A DNA stretch of 63,105 nt, counting the filler, from Octopus bimaculoides (taxonomy: Eukaryota), in the NCBI RefSeq assembly GCF_001194135.2. It is 3 parts of 3 records of this genome, joined end to end, with 100 filler letters (N's around TTAATTAATTAA, not from the genome) between each part and the next. Parts side by side here need not be neighbours in the genome. Positions count along the whole stretch, not along the records: positions 39,600 to 63,105 come from NC_068999.1; 2 more parts are not named here. The stretch is one strand, 5' to 3'. The notes under the pieces are model-generated. The model was not told where the DNA came from and searched no databases. It saw only the letters and a program-made list of their open reading frames with translations. Position numbers and translations under genes: made by a program. Numbering within the stretch: the first letter of the stretch is position 1; each line of letters begins with the position of its first letter. This document shows, in pieces, positions 53,951-63,105 of the stretch.

Positions 53951-54508
53951 TGCCAAACGATTTATAGGGCATGTATGCAAATAGTGATTGTCTCCACTTC
54001 AGACGTGGACATAATCTAAATTTCGAGAATTTCTCATAACACGTCCTTAAGAAAATTACCAGGATTATTATTGGTAGATTAGAAGATATTCGTGGACGTT
54101 TGCTCTCGTTCATCAGCATGATAAATGTCTGGCATTATTACCAGTAGCCAAGTGACTTATACTAGCACCAATTCACTAGTGAATCACGAATGCCAGAGGT
54201 TATTTCTAAACTTTTTTACCAAAATAAGGTAAAACAAACATCCCTGAAATATCATAGAAAATCCCTAATATCGTAAATGGTTTACAACAAACGGAGGTAC
54301 ACACGTACACGTATGTGCATGCACACTGATTGATATTATAATTAGTATGTGAGGCGTATATTTCCCCAACACGATTATATATTGATATAGATTGTTAATT
54401 AATTACAGCCACAACGTTATGTCTGTAAATTGAACGATGAAGTAGATAGGAAGCCTCTAACATACGTGATAAAGATTTATTCATAATCTTCTAATCAAGT
54501 TCGTCTAA

Positions 54509-54574
<66 letters not shown>

Positions 54575-55739
54575 AGAATATACAAATAATAACAACAGAC
54601 GAGGACAGGTGGTGTAAATAACAAAAGTATATATTAGTATGATATATACACACGCACGCCCATGTGTATGAATCGTTATTTATACACACACAGATATACG
54701 AATAGAGATACATATTTCTAAAGTTGCGAATATACATCCATCCGTGCGCGTGGGTATGTGTAATTGCCCTCGTGTATTCGCGCATGTGTGTTACGTGTAT
54801 ATGTGTGAGTATAGAAAGAAGAGCATAAATTATACCAGTATACTCGTTATAGTTTATCATCAACAATTATAATTTTCATCTTAATAATATGTTCTGAGAT
54901 GATTTATTATATACATCTACGACCAGAAAATCGCTTAAGCCGTAGGACTTCACTAATGAGTTATTATTGTGTCATTTCTTGTCCAGTATTTTTACCATAT
55001 CATATTTTTGTTTAAATTTACATATAATTATATGTATTTGTGTGTGATAGTGTGTGTCTTTGCGGGTATATGTGTTTGCGTTAGTGAGTGTGTGGGTTTG
55101 CGCGTATATATATATAAATATATATATGTATCATACATAGGTTTCCTTACTTCGAGGCATTACTAAATCAGGTGATATATTTTGTAGGTAGACGAAGAAA
55201 GACATCGAGCACGTTCTGCAGGCGTGGAGCCGGTGATATCTGACAAAGTCTTTGGTCCTGAAGTCTCAAAAAGCAAGACAAAATTGCATTGCAAAATGAA
55301 TGAATCAAACAACTAACGAACAAGAACGTCGATTAACATCACATGAAACAGACAGAAGCAATACCACCTGCATCAGCAAAAAACAACAAAGAAAGCATAA
55401 GCAATAAGTCTTCTACAACATCAAAAGATAGTAAAAAATACATGCAGCAGAATTATTGTAAAACTAGAACAAATAATTTCCATTAACAACGACAACAACA
55501 ACAACAACCATATCCACTAGCTTTCCTAAATCACTACGTTGTTACTGCTCTTCAGAAGTACAGCAGTAAATTAATAGAATTTATACACAAACATACTGAA
55601 GTAACAGCTGGAACAGAAATGCTTGGATGTCTCACTTGAGGGCAACTTTAGACGGACTGCGGGTTTAAAAATCATGAGATGTGCACTGGAAACCCCTGGA
55701 AATATTCCTCCATTGTCTTGCTTATTTTAGGGAGAATTC

Positions 55740-56760
55740 CAAGTGTATGTCTACTAAGGTAGCATTTCGGTCATTCAAAGATATAAGGTATCAACCCTTC
55801 GATATACATACACTTAGAACATGGTAAATAATTGCTCAAGCTTTAATAATGCCAGTACCACGTGATAATCTTTTGAATGCAAACATGTTCTCATCATTTG
55901 CATGGAAGTGTAAATTGTGTAGGTCAACAATCCCATGCCATCAACTGAACCAGAACCTTTGATAAGTTCAAGATTATTGTCCTAGCCGACTACTAGTCCT
56001 TATCCCTTTGTAGCCACTCCAGATGGAGTAACGTGATAATGTACTTTCCGAAAGGAACCAGACACTAAATATCATCTTGCTGAGATCTGGTACGTGGTCA
56101 AACATTAGGTTTTAATTGCTTTTAAGATGTTGAACGTTTGGTTGAAACAGGAGCTGGAACATCGGGTATTTTCAGACATCTAGAAATTTCTGTAATCTCG
56201 ACTTTTTCATTGTGTCAGCGACAATGTTTTCGATATAAACAGAGATTATATACATAAGCTGATAATAAAGTAGAAATTAAATTCGCAAGCTTCCTGAAAG
56301 AGATAAGGCATGAATTTTCCTGGAAATTCAAATTCTGCAGCGCAAATCTCCTTTGAATATTCTTGCACTTTGCATTGAAATTGAAAGGTTTCTGTTTTAA
56401 AATCATAATTCATATAAAATACAAATGTAGATCCATTAATATTTGTCATGTCAGATTCAATCCGGATTTCCTTGTGCATAAAATCTGGGAACTAAGAAAG
56501 AGTTGCGAGTGAAGCTGGCAGTGAACATTCACGCAATGGGAGTTAAAGTTTATATCGATTCGGTGATATACTGGCAGCTGCATATCCAATAATGTTACAC
56601 CGTGATATTTAGTTGCTGCTTAAGCAATGAGTTCGTAAGTGATTAATGTATTGGGTGAGAGCTGACGAAGGATCAAAGATTCCTGAAATATGTCATATAC
56701 GCCATTTACCCATTTTTCCTGTACGATCTCACTTTTGTTTCCATCTGGCGTCTCCGATAC
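55740..56760 (+). mobile_element. Decayed Penelope-like element (RT thumb, GIY-YIG, hammerhead)
   Basis: FRKEPDTKYHL (56043; ~YxKPTDTxxYL), FKI..KYKCRSIN (~FKIxxxFxCxSxN) and GTKKELRVKL (56488; ~GxTxxxLRxR), then a hammerhead at 56662-56694. Confidence 0.65.
56662..56694 (+). ncRNA. Minimal hammerhead-like motif with intact CUGACGA core
   Basis: CTGACGA-AGGATC AAA GATTCCT-GAAA-TATGTC; stem II intact apart from one bulge, stem I not evident. Confidence 0.5.
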
Positions 56761-58055
56761 GAAACGTCGAAACTGAATTAGTGCTGGTTATAATTTGCAT
56801 ACAAAATATTTAGAGATAACCTTAACAAACTTTTATTCATTCGCTTCGTGTGGATAATATATATTTTTAGTTACAAGTTGTGTACATCTGCCGACACAGC
56901 GCACTAAAAATAAGATTCTTTTATTTAATTCGAGAGGATAAACACAAAGTGGGTTTGTTGGCATTTGGATACAGAATGTGAAGGAGCGGAAGAAATACCG
57001 CTAAATATTTATGTCCAACACGGTAAAATCGTACCAGACCACCTCCCTCGAAAAAAATCTTTATAAATTAGAGAGATGTTAAGACAAATGAAATGTATCA
57101 GACCTCCTATAATCGACGATTCTTCAATCCTTTAACATACATGCCTATTTTTATACTTTTAACGCATTTTAAAACATTTATAAATATAATTGACAAAAGC
57201 CTTTAATAAATGAATATATATATATATATATATATATANNNNNNNNNNNNNNNNNNNNNNNNNNNNNNNNNNNNNNNNNNNNNNNNNNNNNNNNNNNNNN
57301 NNNNNNNNNNNNNNNNNNNNNNNNNNNNNNNNNNNNNNNNNNNNNNNNNNNNNNNNNNNNNNNNNNNNNNNNNNNNNNNNNNNNNNNNNNNNNNNNNNNN
57401 NNNNNNNNNNNNNNNNNNNNNNNNNNNNNNNNNNNNNNNNNNNNNNNNNNNNNNNNNNNNNNNNNNNNNNNNNNNNNNNNNNNNNNNNNNNNNNNNNNNN
57501 NNNNNNNNNNNNNNNNNNNNNNNNNNNNNNNNNNNNNNNNNNNNNNNNNNNNNNNNNNNNNNNNNNNNNNNNNNNNNNNNNNNNNNNNNNNNNNNNNNNN
57601 NNNNNNNNNNNNNNNNNNNNNNNNNNNNNNNNNNNNNNNNNNNNNNNNNNNNNNNNNNNNNNNNNNNNNNNNNNNNNNNNNNNNNNNNNNNNNNNNNNNN
57701 NNNNNNNNNNNNNNNNNNNNNNNNNNNNNNNNNNNNNNNNNNNNNNNNNNNNNNNNNNNNNNNNNNNNNNNNNNNNNNNNNNNNNNNNNNNNNNNNNNNN
57801 NNNNNNNNNNNNNNNNNNNNNNNNNNNNNNNNNNNNNNNNNNNNNNNNNNNNNNNNNNNNNNNNNNNNNNNNNNNNNNNNNNNNNNNNNNNNNNNNNNNN
57901 NNNNNNNNNNNNNNNNNNNNNNNNNNNNNNNNNNNNNNNNNNNNNNNNNNNNNNNNNNNNNNNNNNNNNNNNNNNNNNNNNNNNNNNNNNNNNNNNNNNN
58001 NNNNNNNNNNNNNNNNNNNNNNNNNNNNNNNNNNNNNNNNNNATATATATAGATA

Positions 58056-59304
58056 CAGTGAACAAGCTGTCATATACATTACGTAAAATTCAAAATAATA
58101 TTGACGTCTCGTTTTAACATATATTTTTTACCAAAATTGCATAAAAATATCTTGAAATGCTAAACGGTAAATTCATTTAATAAAAATTACAGATGTGATT
58201 GCAGAAACTGCCTGACAGTCATGACTGGTTTTGTTAAGGTTATTTCTACAGTACTAATTTTTGGCTACATTTCGTATCGCGACGTCAAACGTAGACGAAC
58301 AATGAGATTGGAGAGAATATTGAGTGTATATGCCATATTTCTCGGAGTTTTGCCCCTTCATCAGCACTTACCTAACCCAATTTTATCTCCGAATGCAATG
58401 TTTATATGACCACCGCCTACAGCATTGTATAGTTATTGGGATATACCAATTTACATATAAAACGTATTCCTGGGCTTGGTATATAAATATTAAATACGTG
58501 TAGGTACGTGGAATTTTGCTATCCAACCATAATATACTATAATATATATGGAATGATAGCCAACAATAATTTTTTTTTTGTCTCCGATTTAACTGTTTGT
58601 TTACATGTGACGTCTCGATACGAAAGGTTTTAAAAAAAAATCAGTGCTGGCTATAATTTCGGTAGAAATAACCTTAAGAAAATAATGTAAAGACTAATTC
58701 ATTAGGACGTGGTGTTGACACATAAATGCATTCAATATACTTTATAATATATCATGGTTGCATAACGAAATTCCACGTGACTACAAGTCTTTAATAATAG
58801 CCACGACTGGGTACTCCTACTTGTATGGCATGGTGCAGAGTACTGTTGCCAGATACAGTGTCCTTCTAGCAGCCATCCTCTTGACCCATGGGAGTAAAAC
58901 TTCCTGCAGGCACTCGACGTATTTCTCCGTGTTGAGTCAGAGGCCGTGTAGGAGATGAATGGAGGCCGAACGTCGCCATCCTTAGTGATCACACCAAACA
59001 CCATGATGTTGACTGGAAGTTTGATTTTTATCAATCTCTGTACATGTCCTCACATTGCACTGTACTCATAATGACATTGAAGCACTCTGAAATGCTTGTA
59101 CTGGAGCTTCCGGCGCGAATGCCAAACAGGATCGCATGTCGTTTCCAAATTTCGGGCAGAGTTAATTGCGTCATGATGCTGTCCTTCTCACAGACGGTGC
59201 CCAATTGACCATAATATATATGGTGTCGACAAAATCAAAAGCAAACAATACGCAAGCGCGAAATCAAAAATTATAAAATGGCGACAATTTATCCATTACA
59301 ACTG
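58056..59304 (-). mobile_element. Internally deleted mariner-family element with both degenerate TIRs
   Basis: TA-flanked ends near 58056 and 59304. N-terminus MTQLTLPEIWKRHAILFGIRAG; catalytic region IMVFGVITKDGDV.PPF...WQQYSAPCHTSRSTQSWL (ORF 58732-59034). Same family as 46555-46934. Confidence 0.85.
58238..58673. mobile_element. Non-autonomous Kolobok-like DNA element (TTAA TSD)
   Basis: TTAA|GGTTATTTCTAC ... GTAGAAATAACC|TTAA: perfect 12-bp TIR with longer imperfect subterminal inverted similarity. A further right end appears at about 56755-56825. Confidence 0.7.
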
Positions 59305-59689
59305 TATATANNNNNNNNNNNNNNNNNNNNNNNNNNNNNNNNNNNNNNNNNNNNNNNNNNNNNNNNNNNNNNNNNNNNNNNNNNNNNNNNNNNNNNNNNN
59401 NNNNNNNNNNNNNNNNNNNNNNNNNNNNNNNNNNNNNNNNNNNNNNNNNNNNNNNNNNNNNNNNNNNNNNNNNNNNNNNNNNNNNNNNNNNNNNNNNNNN
59501 NNNNNNNNNNNNNNNNNNNNNNNNNNNNNNNNNNNNNNNNNNNNNNNNNNNNNNNNNNNNNNNNNNNNGATCTTATATATATAAACAAACAACTTTTATA
59601 CTATATCTAATATTTTGGTATATGTGCGATATGAGCCTGTCCGTCGTGTGTGTGTGTGTGCATGTGGTGGGCTTGTAATCATTTATATT

Positions 59690-59990
59690 ATCCATATATC
59701 AGTAAATACTTGTTTTAATGTTGCTCGTGACCTTTTTATGAATAATATTATTGAAATTATCCCCTCGTTCTACACGATATTGATTTTCACAAAATCTCGC
59801 GGAATCAATCTACCGTGTAAACTAGGGACCAATGCACTTCATAGAACTAATTGAGCATATAACTAATTGTGACAGTCTAGAATACTAAGAAGCGAGTTAT
59901 TGGCTGTGATCCATTAAAAACAGTAAATGAAACCGGACGTAAATGCAGTACACATGTGACGATGCTATACACTGTAGAGATATACAAGGC
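59690..59990 (+). mobile_element. Decayed PLE RT relic
   Basis: VARDLFMNNIIEIIP (~LADIFMxxxE..IP) ... PLKTVNETGRKCSTH (~LxTxVYRKxTH). Confidence 0.45.
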
Positions 59991-60615
59991 ATAGCTTTTA
60001 AACTTATTATCTCCGAACTAGGATAATAAATTGAATTCACTATTGTGCTTCCTCTTATAACGTAATTAGCAATTATTATTAAATGATTTGGATCATGTAG
60101 TAATTATCTCAACAGAAATATCTAGAAAACCTATAATATGTAAATTAGTGGGATGCACTTCAGAATACAAACGCGTAAGAAGATTCAGTATTACTAAACA
60201 ATACTAGAAATAGTAAAGGAAGAACTAATTAAGAATGTGAAGGCGTAAACCATTAGATGGTACGAAACCTGGCTTGTAAGTGCATTATAGGGTAATGTCG
60301 AAGTAACATTCTCTATTCTTTGAGATAAACTGAAGAATAAAATGTATTGTATGTGATTACAAATAACGGACAATGGCTCTTCAGTTGTTTGTTCTGTTTT
60401 ATAATCAATTTAATATTATCTTTTGGCATCATAACGGAAGTTGACAGCTTGTATCCATGTTCATCCCCTGTACTCATATTTGCTCAATATCATCTACAAT
60501 ATTTAGAAATATTTATATGGTTCGAAACTATAAACAAGACTAACTATGCACAATAAAACAGATTTTAAAGGAGAAATACAAATTTAACAATTCAAATCAG
60601 ATTATCTTACACGTA

Positions 60616-60827
60616 CAGGGTGTCCACAAAGTCTGGGTACATGGGGATTAACACATACTTTAATAAATTATAATTTCTTATATCTAATCGTTTATGCTAT
60701 GATTTTATTTACTCCATGTACCCATAGGGAGATTAACACATACTTTAAGAAGTTATTATATCTTATGTTTAATTGTTTATGTAATGATTTTATTTACTCT
60801 CTGTACCCAGACCTTGTGGACACCCTG
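60616..60827. mobile_element. Tc1/mariner-type MITE
   Basis: TA|CAGGGTGTCCACAAAGTCTGGGTACA ... TGTACCCAGACCTTGTGGACACCCTG|TA; the interior is a tandem ~80-bp duplication. Confidence 0.9.
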
Positions 60828-62435
60828 TATATATTGACAATATTGCCAATATATACAGTTGTTTGCTGTAATTCTTATACACTGTCTACCCTTTAATGAT
60901 AAAACATATTTACAAATGTTGCGATATCGGGTGTTTACATATTGTTTGTGTTAGCCTAGGTTATCATTGATTTAAATTACGTACAATTCGAAGCATTCTA
61001 AATTCGAATGTCGCTTATGTTCCCTTTCTATTGTCTAATATGCTGTTATCATTTAGCCTAACTCACCTCTTGTTTAGAAGACCGATGTCCATAGAATATC
61101 TATTAATAAAAATGAATAACACGAATCCTTAGGTTTATTCTCAATTATATTATCAATTTTCTTTTCTTTATTATTTCTCATGATAAATCAACTGATATAA
61201 TAATTCATATCATTTGATGGAAGTTTTGCTGCTACTTCTAGAAGAATGTTAGACCGCGTAGGGCATTTTTCGATGGAACGTTCTTTTCAAGTTGTATAAT
61301 TAATAAGCTAAGTGGTCAACGGCGACAATATAATTTCAGTGCAAGATTGAGTCTAGTTAAGTTCTTCCCTGCGGTAATTTGCCACAGGACGTAAATCCTT
61401 GCCTGATTGTTGCTGTTTCAACATCAAAATGGACAATGGACTTGAAACCCTGCACCGACTTATCATTTATTGTATCGCATTGAAAACGATAACCAGACAT
61501 ATATAAAATGCATTAATAAATTCACGGTAATAGACTTAATTCCTCGTAATTTTGGTTTAAATAATACATCAAATTGTCCACTCTCTGTTAAGGTAGCACA
61601 GAGTACAATTATTACTGCTTAATAGTCTGTGGATATATGAAATATATATTTATGGCTTCAACAATCTACACCCATATAACGGGAGATACGTCAATGAAGT
61701 GTTACGCTAATGTAAGCAAGAAGACGAGGCGCAGAGTTTAATTTCAAACATTATTCATTCCCCGTACACCTCTCTTTCTCCTATTCTTTCTATCTTTCTC
61801 TTTCGCACATTCTCTGCCTCATCAAACGCTCACTTTCTCACTCATGACGACACCCACACTTCCACACAGTCTGTCTCTTTCTCTCTCTATTTCTCACTCA
61901 ATCACTCTCTCTCTCTCTCTCTCCTTCACTATCTTCACATTCATTTGCACACATACTTTCCAGCTCTTCGATTTCCATTTATTTTTCTATATTATATGAA
62001 TATTTGTATATATATATANNNNNNNNNNNNNNNNNNNNNNNNNNNNNNNNNNNNNNNNNNNNNNNNNNNNNNNNNNNNNNNNNNNNNNNNNNNNNNNNNN
62101 NNNNNNNNNNNNNNNNNNNNNNNNNNNNNNNNNNNNNNNNNNNNNNNNNNNNNNNNNNNNNNNNNNNNNNNNNNNNNNNNNNNNNNNNNNNNNNNNNNNN
62201 NNNNNNNNNNNNNNNNNNNNNNNNNNNNNNNNNNNNNNNNNNNNNNNNNNNNNNNNNNNNNNNNNNNNNNNNNNNNNNNNNNNNNNNNNNNATATACACA
62301 CACACACACACATACAATAGTATAGTATACAGTTGTATTTTTTTGCGACTATGGTTGAATTCAATATAAACAAGCATAAGAGCATAACAGATGTATTAAG
62401 CACACACACAAATACACAGTTCTCATGTTTATAAA

Positions 62436-62472
<37 letters not shown>

Positions 62473-62922
62473 GTTATATATCTATATACTTCTATATGAA
62501 TATTTATAAACGTATATGTGTATGTGTGTGTATCTATGTATGTATATATGTATATATCAGTATATATTTTATATATGTGCGGGAACAATTTACTCATATT
62601 ACGCTTTGCTTCAATATGGTTATTTTGTAGAAAATAATATTATCAGGAAATATTGGTCATTAAATGGTTGAATAGTTATAGAAACATCACAAATTTACCG
62701 GTAAAAATCTATGCGAGAATACTTTTTTTATTACCTAACAATACAAACGTTAGTTATTCGTCTTTAGAAGAAAGGTGTTAGCGGAATTGATTCGAATTCC
62801 TATTCTGTGTCTTTGAGAACGGGAGTGAGTATGCGTATGCCTGTATACGTCCATGTGCATGTCTGTATGCGTATATGTGTCTGTCCGTACCTGTCTGTGC
62901 GTGAGAATATCAATATATCTTT

Positions 62923-63085
62923 GTGGCGTAGTTGGCGTGGTAAGAAGCTAGCTTCTCAACCACATGGTTCCTTGCTCTGTCACATGGCATGGCACAATTT
63001 GTAGGTCTCACCTACTCTGCCCCCGGGTCTACCAAAGCGTTAGAGTGGAATTGATAAACAGAAACTGAAGGAATCCTGTCGTGTG
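62923..63085 (+). mobile_element. SINE family A 5' half (diverged)
   Basis: GTGGTAAGAAGCTAGCTTCTCAACCACATGGTTC head and ACCAAAGC.TT.GAGTGGA..GAAACTGAAG core. Confidence 0.75.
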
Positions 63086-63105
63086 TATATATACACACAT
63101 ATATA

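Noticed and set aside
55900-56479. Minus-strand ionotropic-receptor-like reading (ELIKG..MGLLT) and 77-aa ORF
   Set aside because: Many stops; the plus strand shows PLE thumb, GIY-YIG and hammerhead in order.
1213-62630. Long ORFs rich in YI/HT/CV/ER/poly-D/I/M or X
   Set aside because: They are translations of di- and trinucleotide microsatellites and N gaps.
1-63105. CRISPR arrays, operons or rRNA
   Set aside because: No regularly spaced repeat-spacer structure or rRNA-like sequence is present; this is eukaryotic repeat-rich DNA.

Overview
AT-rich, gap-ridden eukaryotic genomic DNA, most likely from an octopod cephalopod (Octopus sp.). I infer this from three abundant tRNA-derived SINE families that match my recollection of octopus SINE consensus sequences, plus extreme microsatellite density. 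I found no host protein-coding exon I can support; the long ORFs in the track are microsatellite or N-gap artefacts, or relics of transposable elements. Contents: about 20 SINE copies, Tc1/mariner remnants and a MITE, a TTAA-flanked Kolobok-like element, a MITE with 75-bp terminal inverted repeats (TIRs) nested in a SINE, and CR1-like and R4/Dong-like LINE fragments. The most striking signal is a dense set of decayed Penelope-like element (PLE) relics: about ten reverse-transcriptase (RT) or GIY-YIG fragments and several minimal hammerhead-ribozyme motifs. Two 100-bp artificial spacers (44N-TTAATTAATTAA-44N) show that the window is three joined sequence blocks. All protein similarities were judged by eye from motifs, without database searches.
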